Shown here in pieces: positions 18,058 through 27,586 of a stretch of 64,000 nucleotides of DNA; position 1 is the stretch's first letter; each line of letters opens with the position of its first letter. A model generated the notes under the pieces. The model saw nothing but the letters and a program-made list of their open reading frames with translations. It was not told where the DNA came from and ran no database searches. The DNA lies in UHGV virus genome UHGV-1366990, one strand, 5' to 3'. Source of the stretch: a virus. The translations under genes and the position numbers were made by a program.

Positions 18058-18341
18058 CACCATCAGAGAGAAGTTCTATCAAGGAGATGATCAGAGACAA
18101 GGCGTGTGTTGGCCATACTCAGTCAGAGAACATCTTGCGCCTGATGGTAATAAAGAACGATATCGACAACAGCCGATTCCAAACAGCGTTGTATGGCATG
18201 CTGGAGTTTATATCGCGGTCATCTGATCTTGGCACGGTCCGATATCTTGACGATCTGACCAAGCTGCTGAACACGGGCGGGGAAACTTTCGACGCCGCTC
18301 GTATCCTGATTGACGGTGGACCTGAAGAAGACGAGGTATAA
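18054..18341 (+). CDS. Hypothetical protein
   Basis: 95-aa ORF with ATGA overlap to upstream gene. Confidence 0.5.
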   Translation: MTPSERSSIKEMIRDKACVGHTQSENILRLMVIKNDIDNSRFQTALYGMLEFISRSSDLGTVRYLDDLTKLLNTGGETFDAARILIDGGPEEDEV

Positions 18342-18501
18342 TTTGGATAAAGAATTGGTTTGGGAAATTGTGAAGGGTGTCCTAGTAATAATCGCGGTGG
18401 TTTTCATCTTGGGTGGGAACTTCTTCTATTGGTTATTCCGATCCGACCAGAAACGTCGCGAACGCAAGGAGAAAGAGAGAAAGGATCGATGGATGCGCTA
18501 A
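18310..18501 (+). CDS. Small membrane protein (single TM helix, basic C-terminus); start uncertain
   Basis: Hydrophobic stretch VLVIIAVVFILGGNFFYWLF then KRRERKEKERK. Confidence 0.4.
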   Translation: MTVDLKKTRYNLDKELVWEIVKGVLVIIAVVFILGGNFFYWLFRSDQKRRERKEKERKDRWMR

Positions 18502-18533
18502 CTAAGGGATAACCCTATATCCCGAGGTGTGTC

Positions 18534-18983
18534 ATGTTCCTTACATCTTTTATTGACTGGTTGAACATCATTAACGGCCTGAGGATTCCTGTTGGGAACC
18601 TCGGGCTTTCTCGTTCTTCTATGCCGCAAATCGATGCCGACAAACAAGAAGATTTTCACAAATATCTTGAAGACAACGGCGTGTCCATAGATGCTGTGCA
18701 AGTGCCCATCAAAATGCTTCGTCTTACCCAGAACGAAATCAACAAGATGAAGGTCTGGAAGATCATGAAGAACATCAGAAATAAGAAACCTATGGGTCGA
18801 GTTTGGGTGTCTTCTGACAATTACGTTGTTGACGGTTCTCACCGATTTGTCGCTGCGTTGAACATGGACGGCAAACAGCGCATGAAGGTCTACAAAGTTG
18901 ATTTGCCAGCGATGGAATTTGTTAAACTCGCTAAACAGTTTCAGGGTGTGCGATACAGAACGGTCAGTGATACCCGTTTCTGA
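18534..18983 (+). CDS. Hypothetical protein
   Basis: 149-aa ORF with RBS GAGGTG. Confidence 0.55.
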   Translation: MFLTSFIDWLNIINGLRIPVGNLGLSRSSMPQIDADKQEDFHKYLEDNGVSIDAVQVPIKMLRLTQNEINKMKVWKIMKNIRNKKPMGRVWVSSDNYVVDGSHRFVAALNMDGKQRMKVYKVDLPAMEFVKLAKQFQGVRYRTVSDTRF

Positions 18984-19062
18984 ATACGATAGTTTATTGA
19001 ATCCCTTTACTCAACATGGTGAGCCGCCTATCATTTCATCCAATGAAATAAGGAGAATCGCC

Positions 19063-19749
19063 ATGAAACGTTTAATCCTCGGGGTTGTGCTGGCTGGTCT
19101 GGCATTACCCGCCGCTGCCAAGCTGAACTCCACAGGTGATAAACTGTGGTCCGACCTTTCCTATTGTGCTGGGTTCTCCCAGGCGGTTGCCATCGACAAG
19201 TCTGGTTCCATAGAGAACTTCGCTGAACTCTGGAACACAGGCAACGTCTCCACTGCTGTCGTCAATGCCGGAATTGAGTTCAACCGTTACAAACAGGGAG
19301 CCTATAACCTCAAGGGCTACCTCAATGACGACGAATTTAACCGTGGAGGCATGGAGGCTGGCGATTTAATCATGACTGGGCGTATGGGCACCCAAGGCCG
19401 GATGACCGTAAGACAGTGCCGTTCGCTCCCTTCTCCGGCATTACAGAAGGGTGTGCAGGTTGGTCGCCGCCACCTGAACCTCATCAACGATGGCAACCAG
19501 TGCGTCAAAGTATTCGAATACAGCGCCACGCAGACCTCTGATCGCGTCCTGAAGAAGGAATGGCGTACTCGCGCTCTCGGTCTCAGAGCCTGGCTGGTTG
19601 AGAACGATTATTACTTTGAAGACAGGGTTCAGAACGGTCTGAAAGACCTGGCCACGAATCTGAGCGTGAACCTTGATGATCCTCGCATGTCGCGCGAACT
19701 CCAGCAGACTCGTGTTGACTGCGACAATATGATGAAGGAGAACGAGTGA
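19063..19749 (+). CDS. Secreted protein with N-terminal signal peptide
   Basis: MKRLILGVVLAGLALPAAA signal peptide; RBS AGGAG; internal ATG of ORF 18898..19749. Confidence 0.65.
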   Translation: MKRLILGVVLAGLALPAAAKLNSTGDKLWSDLSYCAGFSQAVAIDKSGSIENFAELWNTGNVSTAVVNAGIEFNRYKQGAYNLKGYLNDDEFNRGGMEAGDLIMTGRMGTQGRMTVRQCRSLPSPALQKGVQVGRRHLNLINDGNQCVKVFEYSATQTSDRVLKKEWRTRALGLRAWLVENDYYFEDRVQNGLKDLATNLSVNLDDPRMSRELQQTRVDCDNMMKENE

Positions 19750-20075
19750 TGAAATGTAAAATCCTGCTCTTGTTGGTACTGATAGCCGGGTGTGTAAACG
19801 CCGCGCCACCGTCCAAACTGAACACATGTGTGGCATGGATGGAGACGTATCAGCAGTTCCACCCAGATGACAAGGATACATCTATCCTCCTGTCCGACTT
19901 CGAGGGGGAGCTGAAGCGCCTTGATCTGTTCAGTGTTGATCAGATAGAGAATGCGCTGGATCTTCCCATGATGCTGACTGCGGCTGATAACAGTCCACAA
20001 ACGAAGAAAGACCTGATGTATTGTCGGGGGATTGCCCAGGACTTTGTCGGATTTCAAAATAAAGTTTCGGGTTAA
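19749..20075 (+). CDS. Putative lipoprotein
   Basis: Lipobox-like LLVLIAGC near N-terminus; start overlaps upstream stop. Confidence 0.55.
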   Translation: MKCKILLLLVLIAGCVNAAPPSKLNTCVAWMETYQQFHPDDKDTSILLSDFEGELKRLDLFSVDQIENALDLPMMLTAADNSPQTKKDLMYCRGIAQDFVGFQNKVSG

Positions 20076-20114
20076 AATTTAGCCCTACATTGTGAACTGA
20101 AGGAATACACTGTG

Positions 20115-20981
20115 ATGCTCCTGACCAAAACAATCGCTGCGGCGATTATCGAAAAGAATAAGGCTTTTGCCCCCAACGCAGCCAAAGTTATGTTGGTACA
20201 CGAAGACGCTCGCGTGATCTTCGCCGAGAAGTTCGAGATGGGTGCGAAGTTCTGGTATGCCGACAACTTACGTGAGAGCAAACTTCAGGGTATCATCCAC
20301 AAACTGACTCTGGTCGCCAAGCGTAATGACCAGGGTGACTGGGTCGGCGTTTCTGACTTCAGTACGAAGATCACCCCAAAGGCTCCGCTTTCTCGTCAAG
20401 AGCGCATTCTGGAAGCCCAGGAAAAGCTGCGTGCGGCTCGGAGTACCACAAAGGCGAAACCAGATACAAGCCCTGTCATCAAGCCAGCGGTTGTTCCTAA
20501 GTCCAAATACCTCCCACCCGTGAGTCAAAAGGCTGTGGAGCAATTGGTTGAGAAGCGCAAGGGTGACGTTGTGATGAAGTCTGACTCTTCAGTGGAGCCG
20601 TTCAAGCCGGATCCAGCAGAAGTACAGGCGCTGGCAGAAAAGGTAAAGAATTCACAATTCATTTCCCTGCGTGAACTTGAACCGCCTACTCGCCGTCGTA
20701 TCGCCAACGAGCTGTTTGTGTCGTTCAGGTCGGATGGTAAGATCATCCTGTGCAAAGCCCTGCGCGATGCAATCCCTTGGACAACTCTGAACATGATGGT
20801 CACTCGCGACTTCAAGCGTTTTGGTATCATGCAAGGCAAGGACTACAACGTCAACCAGAGCGGGACTTATGTTAATCGCGCCATGTGTGACAAACTGACC
20901 TTCCCAGAAGATACCGGAACGATCCGTGTCGTTCTGAATTGGGACGACAAGCTGAACATGTATGTTGGCGATTTCCAATAA
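20115..20981 (+). CDS. Hypothetical protein
   Basis: 289-aa ORF (ATG at 20115 after GTG at 20112). Confidence 0.6.
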   Translation: MLLTKTIAAAIIEKNKAFAPNAAKVMLVHEDARVIFAEKFEMGAKFWYADNLRESKLQGIIHKLTLVAKRNDQGDWVGVSDFSTKITPKAPLSRQERILEAQEKLRAARSTTKAKPDTSPVIKPAVVPKSKYLPPVSQKAVEQLVEKRKGDVVMKSDSSVEPFKPDPAEVQALAEKVKNSQFISLRELEPPTRRRIANELFVSFRSDGKIILCKALRDAIPWTTLNMMVTRDFKRFGIMQGKDYNVNQSGTYVNRAMCDKLTFPEDTGTIRVVLNWDDKLNMYVGDFQ

Positions 20982-20992
20982 TCAATAACCTC

Positions 20993-21024
20993 GGGCGGCT
21001 TATCATAAAGCTGCCCTTTCATTT
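20993..21024 (+). terminator. Possible terminator hairpin
   Basis: GGGCGGC..GCTGCCC stem (one G-U pair) followed by TTTCATTT. Confidence 0.4.
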
Positions 21025-21037
21025 GAGAGACTATATC

Positions 21038-21700
21038 ATGGAAAAACTTTATTCTATTATCGTCGGTCCTGATCCTGACGGATTATTCTTCGCCCCGTTG
21101 TCTTATATTGCCCACGCCCGTATCGGTAGCCATTACGCATATTGCACACGTGGCCACGACGGTTCCAATATCCTCCATTATAACCGCATGAACGATTTCC
21201 TGGCACTTCAACCAGAAGATGTTGTGCTGGCGCGTCGCGTGTTCATCGACTTCAACGCTATGCACAACAACGAAATTGACGCTCGCTATCATGCCATGCG
21301 TTCTATGGAAGGGGGAGACTGCATTTATCGCATCGACCATTTTAGTGAGTTTACCGAATGTATTGATTGGTTCGTTTCAGAAAAGACGTTGGGTGAAAGA
21401 ATCGTCACAACTCCGTGGGCGCATGCGGAACAACTTCGTGTGTCTACCGATGCGTACAAAGAAGTCGACAATCTGTGCAACAAGTTCCGCATCTCGGTGA
21501 CCTGTAATCAAGACCTGGGCGAAGAGATACAATGGACAGCTGAGTCTCCTCATTTCAGTGGCCTGGTGATGACGGCCGAAACCCGTTCCCGTGCTGTTGT
21601 CCAGTTAGTACTCTGGGCGTTCTACCAGCGCACCCCGTTCTCATACATGGGACAGAAAGAGATTGATGAACTCCTGAAGTCTCACGCGGTGGAGGTGTAA
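21038..21700 (+). CDS. Hypothetical protein
   Basis: Internal ATG (MEKLYS) of ORF 20939..21700, preceded by GAGAGACTATATC leader. Confidence 0.6.
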   Translation: MEKLYSIIVGPDPDGLFFAPLSYIAHARIGSHYAYCTRGHDGSNILHYNRMNDFLALQPEDVVLARRVFIDFNAMHNNEIDARYHAMRSMEGGDCIYRIDHFSEFTECIDWFVSEKTLGERIVTTPWAHAEQLRVSTDAYKEVDNLCNKFRISVTCNQDLGEEIQWTAESPHFSGLVMTAETRSRAVVQLVLWAFYQRTPFSYMGQKEIDELLKSHAVEV

Positions 21701-21701
21701 T

Positions 21702-22142
21702 ATGGCTGGCGTATGGTGTGATGTCTTGCTGGTTCGTTACAGCGTAAATGGGTGTGCCCAAGTGCGTTCCGCCTTCTATCCAGTACCGTTCTCCTCTGGT
21801 GGCCTTACAGCCCAGAGGGTGTTAAGTATCGAAGCAGAACTGAACGCGAAGACATATATCGGCGATACACAAGTGTTGGGATACGATCTTCTGAACGAAA
21901 TGTTGATCGATGAAGATAAGGTAGAAACCATTATTGTTAGCCGTCAAGAAATGGAGGTCTTGATGAAACCGGAAGGCACCGAAAAGACTGAAGTTCAAAC
22001 GGTGTCTGTGCCTGTCACACCAACACAGGAACGCCTTGATGCCATTGCTGGATTATTCACGCATGGATTTTGTGATGATCGCATGGCTCGTGGTATCTAT
22101 GCCGCCGCACTGGGCGTTGAGAAACAAACGGAGCAAATATGA
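21702..22142 (+). CDS. Hypothetical protein
   Basis: 146-aa ORF adjacent to upstream stop. Confidence 0.5.
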   Translation: MAGVWCDVLLVRYSVNGCAQVRSAFYPVPFSSGGLTAQRVLSIEAELNAKTYIGDTQVLGYDLLNEMLIDEDKVETIIVSRQEMEVLMKPEGTEKTEVQTVSVPVTPTQERLDAIAGLFTHGFCDDRMARGIYAAALGVEKQTEQI

Positions 22143-22183
22143 GCACAAAGACTGAAGACGTGGCGAAAGGCTATTAATTCCGC

Positions 22184-22212
22184 TTTATTCAATAAAATTT
22201 GTTAGTTAAACT
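22184..22212 (+). promoter_or_regulatory. Promoter TTTATT-N17-TAAACT upstream of HU gene
   Basis: 17-bp spacing, 55 nt upstream of ATG 22268. Confidence 0.45.
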
Positions 22213-22267
22213 GTAGTCCTCTTGTAGTGAACATGAAAGTAAACATTAACCCAACGGAGAAATCCAG

Positions 22268-22546
22268 ATGAATCGTACTGAATTTGTTGCCCACATTGCT
22301 TCGACCCAGAATATCACCAAAGGCGAAGCGGAGAAAGTAGTGGCATCCTTTATCAACGGTGTTAAAACTGCAGTTGCTGCGGGCGCATCTGTACAGCTGG
22401 TCGGCTTCGGTGCGTTCGAAGTGAAACACCAAGAAGCGCGTGAAGGCCGCAACCCTCTGGACGGCCAGACCATTCAGATCGCGGCGAAAAACGTTGTGAA
22501 ATTCAAAGTGGGCGAAGGTCTGAAGAACGCTGCCAACGGCAAGTAA
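22268..22546 (+). CDS. HU/IHF family histone-like DNA-binding protein
   Basis: 92 aa; LVGFGAFEVKHQEAREGRNPLDGQTIQIAAKNVVKFKVGEGLK matches HU arm motifs (GFGxF, RNPxTG). Confidence 0.85.
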   Translation: MNRTEFVAHIASTQNITKGEAEKVVASFINGVKTAVAAGASVQLVGFGAFEVKHQEAREGRNPLDGQTIQIAAKNVVKFKVGEGLKNAANGK

Positions 22547-22598
22547 TTCTATCTGACGCGCGGCCAGACTCTGCAATACAGGGCATGGCAAAAGAGAA

Positions 22599-22626
22599 AG
22601 CCGGAGTACAATGCTCCGGCTTTTTC
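22599..22626 (+). terminator. Rho-independent terminator after HU gene
   Basis: GCCGGAG/CTCCGGC stem followed by TTTTT. Confidence 0.6.
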
Positions 22627-22675
22627 GTTCTTGGGGATCGGGTAAACTATAGGCGAATCCCATAGGAGGAAGAAA

Positions 22676-24394
22676 GTGACAGCATTCAACCAATATACCA
22701 AGGCGCTTGACGGCGTCGGACCAGTCAGCATAGACCACATCAAGTCTCTTGCCACTGAGTTCTTCCCGTATGACACCGCCAACCCCGGCCAGATGGAATG
22801 CATCGTTGAAGCCATTGATGCCCTTGTGAATAAGAAATTCAAACACGTGATCATCGAGGCTCCGACTGGTGTAGGTAAATCCCTCATCGGCACTACCATC
22901 CATAACGTGCTTCGCCATTTGGTTCTTGAGCACAACCCGTATGGTCAGTTCCGCACGTCTATCACGACGCCGACCAAAGGTTTACAGGATCAGTATGCAG
23001 CAGAGAAAGCCGTGGCGATAGACATCCTGAAGGGCAAGAAGAACTACCGTTGCCACATCAGTCCCGACCTATACTACAACGCCATTCAGTGCCGTATGGC
23101 ATGCCGTGATGGCCACTGTAGTAAGAATCGTTGCCCATATGTTCAGGCGCGTCGACAGTGGACCGACGTCTCCTCCCTGCGCTGCACCAACGCCGCCATG
23201 ATGGTGGAGATGTGTACGACGATTTGTATGAAGCCGGAAAACCGTGCCGATATGCTGATCCTTGACGAGTGTCATAAAATGCCCTCTACGCTCCTAGAGC
23301 ATACTATCATGGAATACAGCACAAAGGCTGTGGAAGGGCTGCTTACGATCCCCGAGGGAGTGCCTATCGTGGAGACCATCAAGGATATCATCACCCGCAC
23401 AGAGAACTATGAATTGGGCAAGCTGTATTCCCTGTCTGGTGAGATGCATGCGATATTTGATGAACTGCACGGCAAGGTTGAAGCCCTGTTGGAAACTCTT
23501 GAGGAACTGGTGGAGGACGAGCGCCTGACTGAAGCCCAGGTGATGAAGCTGTCTGATATTATTGATAATCTTCACAACCTCAGCGACTACTGTGGTATCA
23601 TGGGGCAGACCAACGCCAGCACTTTCATCGTACAGGAGAAGGACAAGGGTATGATTCAGTTCAAGCCTGTCATCGCCTCTGATGTATCCCAGTTCGGCCT
23701 GTTCCGCAAGGGTGACTACCACGTTCACATGTCGGCTACCATTTGTGGGATTGACTCGTACGCCCGGTCACTGGGTATCCGCGAGGGTGAGTACCACAAG
23801 ATACAGATCGGCAACCCTATCCCGATTGAGAACCGGAAAGTCAACTACATGCCCATCATGAAGATGACAGCGAACATGGGTGACTACGAGATGAAGAAGC
23901 TGGCTGAATACGTGGATGAAATTATCGCGTTCCACCCTGGACAGTCTGGCATCATTCACACAGTCAGTTATGACCGCGCCCTGGCTCTACAAAAGTTCAG
24001 TAAGTACCGGAATATGATTCACGTTCCTCGTACTCGTAAGGCTCTGATGGACATCATGGAACACGCGTTCAGGACGAAGACGCCTTGTGTCATCGCCAGT
24101 CCGGCCATGGAAGAGGGGTATGACTTCAAAGGTGATTATAGTCGATTTCAGATCTTGATCAAGGTGCCATACGATTACCTTGGTGATCCTCTGGTGGCCC
24201 ACGTCAACAGTGTGGACCCATCGGCGTACTTCAGGATGGCGGTACTGCGTATCGTTCAGATGTGTGGGCGTTCGGTCAGGGGCGTGAATGACTGGGCTGC
24301 GACGTACATCCTTGATTCTTCTTTTGAATCACTGATGATGCGCAACCCAGAGTTCTTCCCCGCTTGGTTCACTGATGCCGTGTTTGAGGTTTAG
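22676..24394 (+). CDS. DinG/Rad3(XPD)-like SF2 helicase with Cys cluster
   Basis: APTGVGKS Walker A, DECH box, Cys-rich insert (CHISPD...CRMACRDGHCSKNRCPY) typical of Fe-S helicases; GTG start after AGGAGG. Confidence 0.8.
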   Translation: MTAFNQYTKALDGVGPVSIDHIKSLATEFFPYDTANPGQMECIVEAIDALVNKKFKHVIIEAPTGVGKSLIGTTIHNVLRHLVLEHNPYGQFRTSITTPTKGLQDQYAAEKAVAIDILKGKKNYRCHISPDLYYNAIQCRMACRDGHCSKNRCPYVQARRQWTDVSSLRCTNAAMMVEMCTTICMKPENRADMLILDECHKMPSTLLEHTIMEYSTKAVEGLLTIPEGVPIVETIKDIITRTENYELGKLYSLSGEMHAIFDELHGKVEALLETLEELVEDERLTEAQVMKLSDIIDNLHNLSDYCGIMGQTNASTFIVQEKDKGMIQFKPVIASDVSQFGLFRKGDYHVHMSATICGIDSYARSLGIREGEYHKIQIGNPIPIENRKVNYMPIMKMTANMGDYEMKKLAEYVDEIIAFHPGQSGIIHTVSYDRALALQKFSKYRNMIHVPRTRKALMDIMEHAFRTKTPCVIASPAMEEGYDFKGDYSRFQILIKVPYDYLGDPLVAHVNSVDPSAYFRMAVLRIVQMCGRSVRGVNDWAATYILDSSFESLMMRNPEFFPAWFTDAVFEV

Positions 24395-25158
24395 TAACCC
24401 GCAACGAAGGACAGATGGCACTTGACATTCGGTTCCAACGACGTCACAGAAACCGTCATATTGTCCGTATCTTGGCTGAAGTCAATGGTGGCGAGAGGTT
24501 TGGTCTGAATATGGTTGTATACACTGTAGATCAGATCCTCGCCACGATACCCTACCTTCCCGTCTGTGTCTTGCCAATGACCCAGTGTCTCATCGTAGAC
24601 ATGCACTCTGAACTCGATCATATGGAAGAGTGCCTTGGGGATGTCCTTGAGTACGCTGGTACCAACCACGGGAATCTCTATGCTGGAATCATTGGAGTTC
24701 CCTTCATAGACCGAAGCCCATGCAAAGGTAGGATCACCCCCAGCAACAGGGGTTCGCTTCCAGTATTGGAATTCTGGGTTGCCCGAAGCGTTCTTCTGGA
24801 GTAGAATGACCTCACCACCTGTGAAGTTCGAGGTATCGATGTCGCCTCGCTGAAGTTCATCTGCTGGAGATCCAATAAATTTCCAGCCTTCGCGATCCAG
24901 TAAAGACTTATAATAGTCGGTGAACACGTTGCTGTCTTCTGCATCGTTGATGGCATCTTTGAGACCTTGGCCTGTCACCATCTCGTTGAGCTTCAACCAC
25001 ATGTTCTTGACAGCAGAAGCTGCTGCGACTTGTCCAGCAGTCCCACCTGCAGTATAATCATAGATGATATCTTCTGACTTGATAGCATCATAGATAGAGA
25101 GGAGCAATTGCTCAATCTGCGGGGCGGTGAGACTGAAACGATATGCGCGGGGTGCCAT
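24391..25158 (-). CDS. Hypothetical late protein (possibly structural)
   Basis: Internal ATG (MAPRAYRF) of minus ORF 24391..25317; TATAAATA late-promoter motif 35 nt upstream. Confidence 0.65.
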   Translation of the reverse strand: MAPRAYRFSLTAPQIEQLLLSIYDAIKSEDIIYDYTAGGTAGQVAAASAVKNMWLKLNEMVTGQGLKDAINDAEDSNVFTDYYKSLLDREGWKFIGSPADELQRGDIDTSNFTGGEVILLQKNASGNPEFQYWKRTPVAGGDPTFAWASVYEGNSNDSSIEIPVVGTSVLKDIPKALFHMIEFRVHVYDETLGHWQDTDGKVGYRGEDLIYSVYNHIQTKPLATIDFSQDTDNMTVSVTSLEPNVKCHLSFVAGY

Positions 25159-25193
25159 AGTTTCATTCCTCTTTCTATAAAACCAGTTTGGGA

Positions 25194-25201
25194 TATTTAT
25201 A
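25194..25201 (-). promoter_or_regulatory. T4-type late promoter TATAAATA (minus strand)
   Basis: Plus-strand TATTTATA; 35 nt upstream of minus start at 25158. Confidence 0.6.
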
Positions 25202-25203
25202 TC

Positions 25204-25731
25204 ATGATAGAAATTTATTCTGACGGGGGTTCTAACCCGAAGACCAACCAGGCCGCAGGCTGGGCATTTGTCATCAGGCCAATAACGGGTATGCAATGGA
25301 AGGTGTTCTTCGGTCATCTACCTCCCCCGTCCACCAACAATATCGCCGAGTTGTTGGGTGTGACCAACGCATTGAAGCTACTGTGGGCATTCTCAGGAAA
25401 GGGTGAGCGCAGAATACCAAAGGCAACAATTTGGTCTGACAGCCAATATGCCATCAAGAGTGTCACCGAATGGCGAACGAAGTGGGAGTATCAGGGGTTC
25501 CCAGAAAAGAACGTTGAACTCATCAAAGATCTGTTCAGAATCTATGATCTCGTTTGTTCAATTTGTGATGTTGAACTAAAATGGGTTAAGGGTCATGCGG
25601 GACACGAAGGCAACGAACTTGCCGATGACTGGGCTACAGCAGCCAAAAACGACAGCAACTTCCTGATTGAGAATGACAAGATCTCGGTGAGGAAGGTTGT
25701 TGGATCTTTTGATGAATTTATCGGTATCTGA
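25204..25731 (+). CDS. rnhA: Ribonuclease H (type 1, RnhA-like)
   Basis: YSDGGS...TNNIAEL...DSQY...WVKGHAGHEGNELADDWA matches RNase HI catalytic motifs. Confidence 0.85.
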   Translation: MIEIYSDGGSNPKTNQAAGWAFVIRPITGMQWKVFFGHLPPPSTNNIAELLGVTNALKLLWAFSGKGERRIPKATIWSDSQYAIKSVTEWRTKWEYQGFPEKNVELIKDLFRIYDLVCSICDVELKWVKGHAGHEGNELADDWATAAKNDSNFLIENDKISVRKVVGSFDEFIGI

Positions 25732-25742
25732 GGACTATCATA

Positions 25743-26471
25743 ATGGGAATGAACTTCGTGGACAGAGGGGAGAATGTCGTCAAATATTTCACGGACGAAG
25801 ACAACGAGCGTGTCATTAGTATCCTTCGTGATTGGATCCCTGCTCGCAAGAAAGCACTTGCTGAGGGCACCAGGCTTCCAAAGATCCCCAACTATGTTGC
25901 TCTGCAGGTCCAGCGCATCATCACCAAGATGAGTACCCGCTACAACTATCGCGATTATCCCTTCCGTGAAGACATGGTCTCTGAAGCAATCGTCAACATC
26001 CTGCGTTACCTCCACACATTTGACGTCGACCACATCGGTAAGAAAGGGAAGATCAACTTCTTTTCTTGGGTGACCATGTGTGCTGATCGCTCATTTGCCC
26101 GTAAACTGAACATCGAAGAAGAGCACACGTACATTAAATTGCGCTCATTTGAAGAGGCGGGTGGGTTCGCAGGCCTGGCAGACGATCCCGACTTCCAACA
26201 AGAGATCTTTGTTGATGCTACAGGAATTGGCATGGACTTCCGTGAACGTATCGGCAACTTTGAGAACAAAAAGGACGCTCAAAGGCAAAAGGAGCGAGAG
26301 AAGGTGGAGGCGGCTCGTCTCGCAGAATCGAATAAAAAGATTGCGAAAGGCATACTTCAATACATGGCGCAGGCTAAGAATACGACACCAGCGCAGGCCG
26401 AAGAAAATTTAGATCAGGACTTCGGCAATACCCAATTCGGCCTAGACGAAACCGAAGGAGAAACAGAATAA
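25743..26471 (+). CDS. 55: Late-transcription sigma factor (gp55-like)
   Basis: N-terminal similarity to T4 gp55; located next to gp47/gp46 as in T4. Confidence 0.65.
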   Translation: MGMNFVDRGENVVKYFTDEDNERVISILRDWIPARKKALAEGTRLPKIPNYVALQVQRIITKMSTRYNYRDYPFREDMVSEAIVNILRYLHTFDVDHIGKKGKINFFSWVTMCADRSFARKLNIEEEHTYIKLRSFEEAGGFAGLADDPDFQQEIFVDATGIGMDFRERIGNFENKKDAQRQKEREKVEAARLAESNKKIAKGILQYMAQAKNTTPAQAEENLDQDFGNTQFGLDETEGETE

Positions 26472-27586
26472 TGGCGATTGCTAAAATTGGTGATCTGCAT
26501 ATCGGGAGCCGTAATGGTTCTCGATACGTTCGCGACTTCATCAAGAACTATCTCATCAATTATTTCATTCCTGAACTTGCCGACTCTGATATCAAAGAGG
26601 TCTGGCAGTTCGGTGATACGTTTGATGTCCGCAAATTCATGTACGGTCGTGACAAAGACTGGCTGAAGGATGAACTCACCCCTGCATTGAAAGCGGCTGG
26701 TATCAAGTGGAATGGCATCGTGGGCAACCATGACATCACCCTGGAAGAGTCCAACCGCATCAACTGGCCATCCTACCTGAACGAACTCGACCCGGATGTG
26801 TACTGCTATTACAGCGAACCGACCGAAGTGATGATCGAGGGTGTCAAGACTTTGCTGCTGCCTTGGATCAACAAGGAGAACTATGATGCGTCTATTAAAG
26901 CGATACGAGATACAGACGCCGAGTACTGTTTTGCGCATCTGGAGCTGGCGGGGTTCAAAATGTACCAGTCTTCTACTTGTGATCACGGTCAGATCGACGT
27001 TGCTCTGCTTTCCAAGTTTACCAGGGTCGACACGGGCCATTTCCATACCCGTTCGATGGAAGGTAACATTCAATATATTGGGACTCCGTATCACCTGAAC
27101 TGGGAAGACTACAAAGACGGCACCAATCGTGGCTTCTATGTGGACGACATGCGTGGTGGTGAGATCTTTATCCCGAACGCCGAGCACCAGACGCTGTTCC
27201 GCTATGTGGAATATGATTACACCAAGTTGTCCTCTGATGAAGAAGGCAATTGGATCGACCCGGAATGGTTGAACACAGGCTTGGGTATTGAAGGGCAAAT
27301 TGTTAAGGTTATTGTACAGAACCGCGACAATGCTAAGCATTATGAAAAGTTCTGTGATGCCATGAAGCGATGCAAGTGTATTGACTACAACTTCATCGAC
27401 CGGACGATTACTGTTGCTGCCGAGAAGGTTGAGGTCACCGAAGAGATGGTGGCGACCGATGCGGTGGAAGTCTTGAAGAAGGATATCCGCGCCGGGAACA
27501 ACATTCAGCGCCCCGACAACGTCTGTAAACTAGCAGAGCACTTCTATAATGCTGCCCAACAACGCCTGAACAAACTGGATGCATAA
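26471..27586 (+). CDS. 47: Mre11/SbcD-like recombination nuclease (gp47-like)
   Basis: Phosphoesterase motifs GDLHIG, GDTFD, GNHD. Confidence 0.85.
   Translation: MAIAKIGDLHIGSRNGSRYVRDFIKNYLINYFIPELADSDIKEVWQFGDTFDVRKFMYGRDKDWLKDELTPALKAAGIKWNGIVGNHDITLEESNRINWPSYLNELDPDVYCYYSEPTEVMIEGVKTLLLPWINKENYDASIKAIRDTDAEYCFAHLELAGFKMYQSSTCDHGQIDVALLSKFTRVDTGHFHTRSMEGNIQYIGTPYHLNWEDYKDGTNRGFYVDDMRGGEIFIPNAEHQTLFRYVEYDYTKLSSDEEGNWIDPEWLNTGLGIEGQIVKVIVQNRDNAKHYEKFCDAMKRCKCIDYNFIDRTITVAAEKVEVTEEMVATDAVEVLKKDIRAGNNIQRPDNVCKLAEHFYNAAQQRLNKLDA

Noticed and set aside
22202-22933. 243-aa minus-strand ORF overlapping the HU gene, its terminator and the helicase start
   Set aside because: Antisense to a well-supported HU gene and to a terminator hairpin; composition not protein-like
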